DNA of 27,694 nt, taken from positions 1-27,694 of the forward strand of contig JBAYFD010000001.1 in assembly GCA_041667365.1 (NCBI GenBank), written 5' to 3'. How positions within the stretch are numbered: position 1 is the first letter of the stretch; every line of letters begins with the position of its first letter. Under the pieces are notes generated by a model. The model was not told where the DNA came from, did not search any database, and saw nothing but the letters and a program-made list of their open reading frames with translations. This DNA comes from Fibrobacteraceae bacterium (GTDB lineage Bacteria > Fibrobacterota > Fibrobacteria > Fibrobacterales > Fibrobacteraceae). Position numbers and translations under genes: made by a program. This document shows positions 17,094 to 25,373 of the stretch, in pieces.

Positions 17094-18755
17094 ATGAGTC
17101 ATCTCACCGATTCGAAGGAATGGAAGGCCCTCGAGGCCCACGCGAAGGAAGCTAAAACATGGCGTATGCGCGATATGTTCGCGCAGGACCCTGCCCGTGC
17201 GCAGAGATTCAGCGCCGAAGCCTGCGGCATTTTTCTGGATTACTCCAAGAATATCATTACGGAAGAGACGCTGAAGGACCTCCGCGCCCTGCTTTCTTCG
17301 GCGGATTTTGAAGCGATGCGCTCCAAGTTCTTTTCCGGCGAGAAGATCAACATCACCGAAAAGCGCGCCGTGCTGCACACCGCGCTCCGTTACCAGGGGA
17401 AGGACCCGGTCTGCGTGGACGGCAAGGATGTGATGCCGGACGTGCGCGCCGTACTTAAGCACATGGAAGAATTCACGAACGCCGTCCGCGGCGGCAAGTG
17501 GAAAGGCTATACGGGCAAGAGCATCAAGTACGTGGTGAACATCGGCATCGGCGGTTCGGACCTCGGACCGGTGATGGTGACGGAAGCCCTCCGCCCTTAC
17601 GCCGGCAAGGATGCTCCGGAAGTGTACTTCGTTTCCAACGTCGACGGTACGCACATCGCCGAGACGCTCAAGAAGGTGAACCTCGAGGAGACGCTGTTCA
17701 TCGTCGCTTCCAAGACGTTCACGACGCTCGAGACGATGACGAACGCGAACACTGCGAAAGCCGCCGTCCTCAAGGCGTTCAACGGCGATGAGACGTCCAT
17801 CGCGAAGCATTTCGTCGCGCTTTCCACGAACGCGAAGGCCGTCGCCGCTTTCGGCATCGACACCGCGAATATGTTCGAGTTCTGGAACTGGGTCGGCGGA
17901 CGGTATTCCCTGTGGTCCGCGATCGGTCTTTCCATCGCGCTCCGTATAGGTTTCGACAACTATAAGCAGCTCCACGAAGGCGCTTACGAAATGGACTGCC
18001 ATTTCCGGACCGCTCCGGTTGAGAAGAACATTCCGGTGATCCTCGGCCTCGTCGGCTTCTGGTACAACAACTTCATGGACGCTCAGTCTTACGCGATGCT
18101 CCCGTACGATCAGTACATGCACCGCTTCGCCGCATATTTCCAGCAGGCGGATATGGAATCCAATGGCAAGACCGTGGACCGCGACGGCAACCGCGTCGAT
18201 TACCAGACGGGTCCCGTCCTCTGGGGTGAACCGGGCACGAACGGCCAGCATGCCTTCTACCAGCTCATCCACCAGGGTACCAAGCTCATTCCTTGCGACT
18301 TCATCGCTCCGGCGGTGAGCCACAACAAGATCGGCGATCACCACAGGAAGCTTCTTTCGAACTTCTTCGCCCAGCCGGAAGCGCTGATGAACGGCAAGAC
18401 GCTCGAAGCCGCGAAGGCGGAACTCCGCGCGGCGGGCAAGACGGACGCCGAGATCGCGGAACTCGCTCCGCACAAGGTGTTCGAAGGCAACAAGCCCACG
18501 AACAGCATCATGGTGCAGGAAGTGACTCCGAAGACCCTCGGCGCGCTCATCGCGATGTACGAGCACAAGATCTTCGTGCAGGGCATCCTCTGGAACATTA
18601 ACAGCTATGACCAGTGGGGCGTGGAACTCGGCAAGCAGCTCGCGGTGAAGATTCTCCCCGAACTCGAAGCCGGCGAAAAGAATCCGGACGTGGAACTCCA
18701 CCACGATTCGAGCACGAACGGAATCATCCGCTGGTACCTGAAGCACCGCGCTTAA
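17094..18755 (+). CDS. pgi: glucose-6-phosphate isomerase
   Basis: [51 protein letters not shown]; GAGG SD; strong codon bias. Confidence 0.97.
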   Translation: MSHLTDSKEWKALEAHAKEAKTWRMRDMFAQDPARAQRFSAEACGIFLDYSKNIITEETLKDLRALLSSADFEAMRSKFFSGEKINITEKRAVLHTALRYQGKDPVCVDGKDVMPDVRAVLKHMEEFTNAVRGGKWKGYTGKSIKYVVNIGIGGSDLGPVMVTEALRPYAGKDAPEVYFVSNVDGTHIAETLKKVNLEETLFIVASKTFTTLETMTNANTAKAAVLKAFNGDETSIAKHFVALSTNAKAVAAFGIDTANMFEFWNWVGGRYSLWSAIGLSIALRIGFDNYKQLHEGAYEMDCHFRTAPVEKNIPVILGLVGFWYNNFMDAQSYAMLPYDQYMHRFAAYFQQADMESNGKTVDRDGNRVDYQTGPVLWGEPGTNGQHAFYQLIHQGTKLIPCDFIAPAVSHNKIGDHHRKLLSNFFAQPEALMNGKTLEAAKAELRAAGKTDAEIAELAPHKVFEGNKPTNSIMVQEVTPKTLGALIAMYEHKIFVQGILWNINSYDQWGVELGKQLAVKILPELEAGEKNPDVELHHDSSTNGIIRWYLKHRA

Positions 18756-18771
18756 TTTGTTCTTGCTTTTG

Positions 18772-18807
18772 AAACGGGACGCGCCTGCGGGCTGCGCCCC
18801 GTTTTTT
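18772..18807 (+). terminator. intrinsic terminator after pgi
   Basis: AAACGGG...CCCGTTT GC-rich stem followed by a T run. Confidence 0.65.
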
Positions 18808-18832
18808 GTTGCGCGTGAACAATCCCGCGTCC

Positions 18833-18977
18833 CGTCATTGCAGCGGTATTCGTCCTCGTCATAGCGTATATCGCCCCTGTCATTGCGAGGTGCACAGCAC
18901 CGAAGCAAACCACATTGTCCCAGTACATTGGAGTTGCCGCGCCCTCGTCATTGCGAGGCGTCAGCCGAAGCAATCCA
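18833..18977 (+). repeat. cluster of CGTC-type REP-like repeats (two full, two partial)
   Basis: TGTCATTGCGAGG..CCGAAGCAAACCA (18878-18912) and CGTCATTGCGAGG..CCGAAGCAATCCA (18946-18977); partial CGTCATTGC (18833) and CGTCATAGCG (18857). Confidence 0.75.
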
Positions 18978-19037
18978 TTCCGCGTGCCGTGCGAAAGAGG
19001 TCATGCCTTTTGCCTTGCGTTTGTTTATTTTTGAGCC

Positions 19038-19463
19038 ATGACCACCGAAGAAATCAAAGTCCGCATTCATCACGCATGCCCGCTTCTCGCGGAGTCTTCC
19101 GAAGTGTTTTCGGAGCTGGTCAATTTCTTCCTCGGTGAATCGAAGATCGTTTCCAATTTCGGGGAACTTCCGCGGCTCCTTGCGCCGCATAGGCTTTTCC
19201 GCGTGATCCGCGTGTGTGGTTCGTCCATTCCGGACTGCGCCGTCCGTCTGATCGATGAACATCCTGAATTTACGGGCGCGAAAGGAATGCTCCGCTATTA
19301 CCGCTGCCCTCCGGGTGTGAACTGGCGGGATGTGGAACGCGCCGAGGATGAACTCGGCAATGCGATGCTGATGGATGTCTACGGCTGGGCGCCGGACGGT
19401 TTTACTTTGTTCGAAACCGCAGACGCGGGCAAGTTCGAACTCGTCGCGATTCTCGCGTTTTAA
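19038..19463 (+). CDS. hypothetical 141-aa cytoplasmic protein; possible stand-alone FtsZ/tubulin C-terminal subdomain
   Basis: Only substantial ORF in the gap, with globular composition. The fold suggestion rests on a by-eye alignment (see findings). Confidence 0.7.
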   Translation: MTTEEIKVRIHHACPLLAESSEVFSELVNFFLGESKIVSNFGELPRLLAPHRLFRVIRVCGSSIPDCAVRLIDEHPEFTGAKGMLRYYRCPPGVNWRDVERAEDELGNAMLMDVYGWAPDGFTLFETADAGKFELVAILAF

Positions 19464-19472
19464 ATGCCGGTA

Positions 19473-19589
19473 TGGATTGCTTCAGCCGCTTTGCGGCTTC
19501 GCAATGACGGGGGAGGTTGCTGCATTATAGTGGTGGGGCTTTGCCGTGGAATTAGTCATTGCGGGGCGGCTCTGCCCCCGTGGCGATCT
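19473..19589. repeat. head-to-head dimer of CGTC-type repeats between convergent genes
   Basis: Reverse copy TGGATTGCTTCAGCCGCTTTGCGGCTTCGCAATGACG (19473-19509) and forward copy GTCATTGCGGGGCGGCTCTGCCCCCGTGGCGATCT (19555-19589), which abuts the dacB stop. Confidence 0.75.
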
Positions 19590-21726
19590 ACTTTTCGATG
19601 AACTCGAAGTTCACTATTCCGGGGAGTTTGCCCTCGCGGCTTTCGAGGTATTCGTCAAATTGCATTTCCACGACTTTTCCGAACACCTGGGATGCGTGGC
19701 GGAGTCTCGGCTTTTCGCCTTTGTCGAGAATCAGAAATCCGGTGTGCGTCGCGTCGATTGTCTCGGAAACGCCCACGAATGCGACTCCGCGGATGGTGCT
19801 TTCCCCTTGCCATGCGGTACTTGCGAAAGCAAGCGCCCGGTCGTAGGGAAGGTAGTTGAACGTGAGCGCGGGGTCGGGTTTTCCGTAGTTCAGCCCCTTC
19901 GCCGCGAAGAACGCATTCTTGGGAAGAATGCGCGTAATCGTCGTGTCGCCCGGGAGAGAAATCAGCTTCGCGTTTCCCCCTCCGCCGATCCAGTCCGCGA
20001 CAAAGTAATGTCTGCGCGTTGCATAACTGACTTTGCCGTTAAAATAGCGGATGTCCTGGAGCGTTTTGAATATGGAATCCGGACTTGGACTGCGAGCGAG
20101 TGCGAGCGAGTGCTCGATGTAAGTGACACAGTCCACGGAATCGAGATTCACTGGCGGCTTTTGCTCGATAGTGTCTGCAGAACCTTCTCCTGTTGGGCCG
20201 AGCAGGTACGGAGTCCCTGCGAGCGAAGCGGAAAAGTAGCGGAGACGTTCCTGAAATCCGTGGACGTTTTCGCCTTTGTACCAAATTTGCTTCATCCGGA
20301 GGAGAGACTGATAGCCGTCCGTCGAAGCGTGCATGATCTTCATCCACACCGCATCCAGAAGCTCCCTGCTCTTGCCTTCGGACAGCCGGCCTGAATCGTT
20401 CAGATATGTCGCTATCGCAAGGGTGTCTCCGTCGAGCGTGAACACATAGCCCACGAGCGCATGCGCTCCCGTGATGAATCCTGTCTTGAATTTGATCTGC
20501 CACGGCGCTTTGAGCCATAGCATTCTATGACGTCCGGAACCGACGCCTGGACTTGCGAAACTTTGCATATAAAAGTCATTGCGGTCGCTCCGTGCCATTT
20601 TCGCGAGGAGCATCGTTTCCGTAGAGGGCTTCACCTTGTTCAGCGGAGAAAGCCCGCAACCGTCGTAAGCCTGAAAGTCGTCTGCAGGGAGTCCGATGGA
20701 GGCGAGGAACTGCTTTTCCGCCTTGAGCCCGCCGTTCGCGCTGCCGGAACCCGTCACGGCTTTTCCCATGTCGCGGAAGAGCATTTCCGCATGCAGGTTC
20801 TGACTTCGCTGATTGATTTCATCGAGCATACTCAAAAGGGGCGCTCCGCTCACGCGTGTTTCGTAAATGCCGATGCCGCCTGGAATTGAATAATCATCGA
20901 TGACGGTTATTCCCCGTATGTTGAGCGCTTTGCGGAATGCGGCGATGAAGTATGCGTTCGGATTCCGCACGGGAATTACAAAACTTCCGCCGACGCTCGT
21001 GCCTATTGTCCCGTTTATCGTGAGGATCGGGAGTTCCAGATTCAGCGAATAGCTCCATTTGCGGGCTCGTCCGCGGACCGTCCTGAGATTGTTTATCACT
21101 TGTACGTAACCGACGTCCGGAGAAAGCGCAATGGCGGCAGTGTCGCCTTCGCGGGCTCCTGGCTTTACGGAAACAAGGACGCAATTGTCGTTGAACGCGA
21201 GCGGCGCGATTTCCGTACCGTACCAGGAATTAAAATAATTGTTGCGCCAGTGCTCGGGTCTGCGCGGCCCTTCGAAATAGGAAGTGTCCGCGATAATGCT
21301 TCCGCGGATGGTGTCAATGCCGAGTTCCTTGAGAGAATCCGCGACGTTGTACAAAAGGTACAGCGGGTCGGAATAAAAGCGCGCGGAAACGTTCGGATCG
21401 CCCTTTCCCATCACGTTCACCACGCCGGAAAAAGTCCTGCCGGTGATGCTCCCTTCGAGTCGGAATTCCGTTTCGGGAGCGAAGTTCGCGGGGAGCAGGG
21501 TCAAAGCCGCCGCGGTCGTGAGCGTCTTGAGCGTGCTCGCCGGAGTGAAATAATCTCCTCCGTTCACGTCCGCAAGTTCCTGTCCCGTCTTTACGGAGCG
21601 CACGGAAGCTCCGAAGCGCACGCCCGGAGCGATGGAATCCGCGATGTGCTGAAATTCGGCGGAAGATATCCCTGCGAATGCATTCGCGGCGATGCAGGAA
21701 ATGAAAATGAATACGGATCTGTTCAT
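19588..21726 (-). CDS. dacB: D-Ala-D-Ala carboxy/endopeptidase (PBP4, peptidase S13) fused to a C-terminal DUF1460 (NlpC/P60-like amidase) domain
   Basis: Signal peptide; PASTLK (SxxK), GKGDP, SQN (SxN), DGCGLS, KTG. Then GTPY..NLDSVDCVTYIE..RRHYF..DW..ATHTGF..RHAS. ATG 21726 overlaps the upstream stop (TAATG). Confidence 0.9.
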   Translation of the reverse strand: MNRSVFIFISCIAANAFAGISSAEFQHIADSIAPGVRFGASVRSVKTGQELADVNGGDYFTPASTLKTLTTAAALTLLPANFAPETEFRLEGSITGRTFSGVVNVMGKGDPNVSARFYSDPLYLLYNVADSLKELGIDTIRGSIIADTSYFEGPRRPEHWRNNYFNSWYGTEIAPLAFNDNCVLVSVKPGAREGDTAAIALSPDVGYVQVINNLRTVRGRARKWSYSLNLELPILTINGTIGTSVGGSFVIPVRNPNAYFIAAFRKALNIRGITVIDDYSIPGGIGIYETRVSGAPLLSMLDEINQRSQNLHAEMLFRDMGKAVTGSGSANGGLKAEKQFLASIGLPADDFQAYDGCGLSPLNKVKPSTETMLLAKMARSDRNDFYMQSFASPGVGSGRHRMLWLKAPWQIKFKTGFITGAHALVGYVFTLDGDTLAIATYLNDSGRLSEGKSRELLDAVWMKIMHASTDGYQSLLRMKQIWYKGENVHGFQERLRYFSASLAGTPYLLGPTGEGSADTIEQKPPVNLDSVDCVTYIEHSLALARSPSPDSIFKTLQDIRYFNGKVSYATRRHYFVADWIGGGGNAKLISLPGDTTITRILPKNAFFAAKGLNYGKPDPALTFNYLPYDRALAFASTAWQGESTIRGVAFVGVSETIDATHTGFLILDKGEKPRLRHASQVFGKVVEMQFDEYLESREGKLPGIVNFEFIEK

Positions 21727-23294
21727 TATCGGCGACGTTTCTTTTCTTTGATTTTCAGGTTGTGCACCATCTTGCTCAGAATGATGGTGAGGATGAGTAT
21801 CCCGAAGACGCCCCCCGCGAGAATCCATTGGAATATGCTGCGGTGCGGGACTTCCGCTGGTGCTGACTGTTCCGGGGCTTTTATTGCCTTGTGCGGGGCG
21901 AACCGCTGCGTAGGAATATCTTCCCTGAGTATCTGCGCAATATCCGCGATGGAACGGCCGGTTGTGTCCTGAATGTTTAACGCTGCGTTTATGCGCCCGT
22001 CATATCTGATGAGAAGAGCGGCCAGCGCGGCGTCGGAGTCCTTCGCGTTTTTCTGCGCATGGCGGTAATGCGCGCCGATGTCATTCGTCATCGCGATGAG
22101 TTCTTTTTCCACGGCGCCCCATTCCGGGATGTTCGGGAAGCTCTGTCCGTGTTCAAGGTCCTTGACGAGCCCGCTGTAGCGCGTATCCTTCGCCCATACG
22201 TTCAGGACGCTTTCATCCGGCGGCAGGAATCCGATGCCGTGCGTATAACGGCTTAGGTTGTCCGCGCGGAGCAGGAACAGGAGCAGCCGCTGAGCGCCTT
22301 TCGCGTGCTTTGCCGAGGCCGGGATCGCGAGGTAGCTTCCGCCGAAGAACGGCTTACTTCCGAGTTTCCCTCCGGGGATCGAAAACACGACCAGTCCGGA
22401 TTTTCCGAGCCGGCGGTCGGAAAATCCGTGTTCGGATTCAGGGATGTCCATCTTGCGGAGAATTTCGGATGTTCCGAAAAGAAAGACCTGCTCCCCGGTC
22501 GTAAAACGCGCCGCGTTCTGTGCGGAATTCTCGCGGAGCGAATTCGGCGCCGTCAGCGTATCCCGCAGAATATCGACGTAGCGGGCTATTCCGCGGAGCG
22601 ACGCGGAGTCGAGAAGGGCGCTTCTCCATCTGCCATTTTCTTTTTTGATGTAGTCGCCGCCTTCGGACCAGAGGAACGGCGCGAGCGCCTGCGGCCCTGT
22701 CCAGTCATCTTTTCCGGGGAGGCCGAAGGGAATGAGCGGAAGCCCTTTCGCGGTCGTAAAGTTTTCTTGCGCGAGGTAGGTCAGTATGCCGCGGAACTGC
22801 GCTTCGGTCACGAGATCTTCCGCGCGGATGCCGAGACTGTCCGTGACGCGCTTGTTCGCGAAGAGAGCGCGGATGTCCAGGAACCACGGAAACGCATATA
22901 TTCCGGGCTTCCCGTCGATGTGCGCCGGGCGCATGCTCTGCCTGAGGAACCGTAGCGAATCCACCTGCGGAGCGATTGCGTTCAACTGTGCTAGATACTT
23001 TTTATCTGCAAAAAAGGAAATCCAGGTGGAACCGGTTTGCAGTATATCGGGCGTGTTCCTGCTTTCGAAGGCGGAATTCAGACGGGCGAAAGCTTCGCTC
23101 CAGTCGATGATTTCGAGCCGCACAGGAATTCTAGTCTCCTGCGTAAAACGCCGGAGCGTCTTTTCGAGGTCGTTTCTTGAATCGGGTCCGTTCGGCATTG
23201 CCCAGAAAGTCACGGTGTCCCGCGGCGCGGCAAATGCGCTTCCGCAGAGCAGGATCGCGAGAATCGCACAGAAATTGGAAGAAAATATTTTCAT
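21726..23294 (-). CDS. extracellular solute-binding protein (family 1, sugar-type) with C-terminal TM anchor
   Basis: Signal peptide ending SAFA; VTFWAM..LEIIDWSEA, PDILQTGSTW, YAFPWFLDIRALFANK, FFGGSYLAI; C-terminal hydrophobic helix and KIKEKKRRR tail. Confidence 0.85.
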   Translation of the reverse strand: MKIFSSNFCAILAILLCGSAFAAPRDTVTFWAMPNGPDSRNDLEKTLRRFTQETRIPVRLEIIDWSEAFARLNSAFESRNTPDILQTGSTWISFFADKKYLAQLNAIAPQVDSLRFLRQSMRPAHIDGKPGIYAFPWFLDIRALFANKRVTDSLGIRAEDLVTEAQFRGILTYLAQENFTTAKGLPLIPFGLPGKDDWTGPQALAPFLWSEGGDYIKKENGRWRSALLDSASLRGIARYVDILRDTLTAPNSLRENSAQNAARFTTGEQVFLFGTSEILRKMDIPESEHGFSDRRLGKSGLVVFSIPGGKLGSKPFFGGSYLAIPASAKHAKGAQRLLLFLLRADNLSRYTHGIGFLPPDESVLNVWAKDTRYSGLVKDLEHGQSFPNIPEWGAVEKELIAMTNDIGAHYRHAQKNAKDSDAALAALLIRYDGRINAALNIQDTTGRSIADIAQILREDIPTQRFAPHKAIKAPEQSAPAEVPHRSIFQWILAGGVFGILILTIILSKMVHNLKIKEKKRRR

Positions 23295-24595
23295 CTTGCG
23301 AGCGCCTTGAAGTCTTCGAAGAACCGCGGGTATGTCTTTTTAACGCAGCCCGGGTCCATGAGCTTCACTTCCACGCCGCCGAGGGCGACGAGGCTGAAGC
23401 ACATTGCCATCCGGTGATCGTTGTAGGTTTCTATAGTCGCACTTCTGAGAACATCGGGCGGCGTGATGCGGATGCTTTCCATGTCCGCTTCCACGTGCGC
23501 GCCCACTTTGCGGAGTTCTTCGGAGATTGCCGCGATGCGGTCCGTTTCCTTGACGCGCCAGCTTCCGATGTTGCGGATGGTCGTCGTGCCTTTTGCGAAA
23601 AGCGCCGTCACGGCGAGCGTCATCGCCGCATCCGGCATGTCGTTCAGGTCCATGTCCACGGCCCGGAGCGGCTTGCTCCTGTCACGGCGGCATTCGATGT
23701 AGCCGTTCCCGTAACTGATTTCCGCGCCCATTTTCTGCAGCACTTCGGCGAATTTCACGTCGCCCTGGGCGCTCCGGGAATCGAGCCCGAGCACACGCAC
23801 CGGACCGCCGAGGATGGCCGCTCCGGCGAGGAGGTAGCTTGCGGAGGAGGCGTCTCCTTCGATGTCGAAATCGCCGGGCGTCTTATACGCGCAGACAGGA
23901 ATGTGAAATTCCTTGAAATCCTTATTCCGGACTTTGACACCGAATTTTTCCATCGTCAAAATAGTCATTTGTATGTAAGGCTTGGAAATGAGCTCGCCCT
24001 TCACCGTGATGTGCAGATCTTTTTTGCAGCACGGACCGCTGATGAGGAGCGCGGTCAGGTACTGGCTGGAGATGTTCCCTGCGACGGAAATATCGCCGCC
24101 TTCAAGTCCGGCGGCCATTACCCGCACAGGAGGGTAGCCTTCCGTTACTTCGTACTGAATCTCCGCGCCCATCTGCGTGAGCGCGTCCACGAGGTCGCTG
24201 ATGGGACGTTCCGTCATGCGCTCTTCGCCGGAGAGCCGGTATTTCCCGTTCCCGAGGCAAGCTGCGGCGCACAGGGAGCGCATCGCCGTGCCGGAGTTTC
24301 CGAGGAACATGTCCGCGGATTTCGCCGGAAATTTTCCGCCGATGCCGCTGACTCTTGCTTCGGAGGAATCATCCGAAAGATCTATCGATACTCCCAGCGC
24401 CCGCAGTCCTTCGCTCATATAGCGCGTGTCATCGCTCGAAAGCAGATGGTGCAGACGGGTTTCTCCCTTGCACAATGCCGCGAGGAGAAAGGCCCGGTTC
24501 GAAAGGCTTTTGGATCCGGGGAGCCGGATCTGCCCTTCAAAGCGCTTCACGGGCAGAATATTGAGAAAAGTCGGGAATTGGGGATTGAAAATCAT
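23291..24595 (-). CDS. aroA: 3-phosphoshikimate 1-carboxyvinyltransferase (EPSP synthase)
   Basis: PGSKSLSNRA, GNSGTAMR, SSQYLTAL, MPDAAM, RVKETDRI, DHRMAM. Confidence 0.96.
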   Translation of the reverse strand: MIFNPQFPTFLNILPVKRFEGQIRLPGSKSLSNRAFLLAALCKGETRLHHLLSSDDTRYMSEGLRALGVSIDLSDDSSEARVSGIGGKFPAKSADMFLGNSGTAMRSLCAAACLGNGKYRLSGEERMTERPISDLVDALTQMGAEIQYEVTEGYPPVRVMAAGLEGGDISVAGNISSQYLTALLISGPCCKKDLHITVKGELISKPYIQMTILTMEKFGVKVRNKDFKEFHIPVCAYKTPGDFDIEGDASSASYLLAGAAILGGPVRVLGLDSRSAQGDVKFAEVLQKMGAEISYGNGYIECRRDRSKPLRAVDMDLNDMPDAAMTLAVTALFAKGTTTIRNIGSWRVKETDRIAAISEELRKVGAHVEADMESIRITPPDVLRSATIETYNDHRMAMCFSLVALGGVEVKLMDPGCVKKTYPRFFEDFKALAR

Positions 24596-24620
24596 GGAAT
24601 GAAATTTAGATTATAATGCA

Positions 24621-25373
24621 ATGGCAAGGGAAATCAGTTCCAAAAATTTTACGGTCCGCTTTTCGGACTGCGACAACATGAGCCGGCTTCGGCTTTCAAG
24701 TCTTTTTGAATTTCTGGAGGAAACGGCGATCGTCGATGCGGAACAAAACGGATTCGGCATCTGGAAGATGCGTGAACTCGGCTATACTTATGCCGTATCA
24801 CGGATGAAACTCCGCGTGAATCATGTTCCGCGCTGGGGGGAGACGCTCACCGTCCGCACGTGGACAAAAGATTTCTTTGCGCATAAAGTCGCACTCAAGG
24901 ACTATTGCGTCTTCGATGGCTCGGGCAAGGCGATCGCGCAGGCGACTTCCTCCTGGCTTCTCGTAAATCTCAGAACGGGGAAGTCGGAGGACCCGGAAAC
25001 GGCCCCGTTCCTCCCGGAGCTTTTCCCCGAAGAAAACGCGCTCTCCGAAACGCTGGACATTCTTGCGACGCCTCCGGACCCGAAGGTCGTTCTTACAAAG
25101 GAAGCCCGCTATGCGGATCTGGACATGAACGGGCACGTCAACAACTGCCGCTACGTGGACTGGGCGATGGACGCCCTTTCGCTCGAGGAACTTAAAAAAC
25201 GTCCGCTCCGCTCGCTACAGATAAATTACTTGGCACAGGTTCCCTTCGGAACTTCGGTGAATCTGGTGCGCTTCGCGGATTCCCGCCACCACGCCTACAT
25301 CTTCGGTGTGAGCGCATCGGATCCGTCCGTGGTGCATTTCCAGACGCGCATCGGCTTTTCCGGCGACGCCTGA
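24621..25373 (+). CDS. acyl-ACP thioesterase (double hot-dog, FatA/B-like)
   Basis: VRFSDCD, PRWGETLTVRTW, catalytic DLDMNGHVNN. Confidence 0.9.
   Translation: MAREISSKNFTVRFSDCDNMSRLRLSSLFEFLEETAIVDAEQNGFGIWKMRELGYTYAVSRMKLRVNHVPRWGETLTVRTWTKDFFAHKVALKDYCVFDGSGKAIAQATSSWLLVNLRTGKSEDPETAPFLPELFPEENALSETLDILATPPDPKVVLTKEARYADLDMNGHVNNCRYVDWAMDALSLEELKKRPLRSLQINYLAQVPFGTSVNLVRFADSRHHAYIFGVSASDPSVVHFQTRIGFSGDA

Noticed and set aside
17088-18908. 606-aa antisense ORF over pgi (also 121-1086, 1119-2354, 9441-10325 and many shorter ones)
   Set aside because: Shadow ORFs produced by high GC and codon bias; they have no family motifs and lie opposite genes with clear motifs.
18833-18977. Repeated GTCAT(T/A)GCG units as a CRISPR array
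   Set aside because: Irregular spacing, unequal degenerate repeats and no cas genes; the copies fit CGTC-type REP-like repeats.
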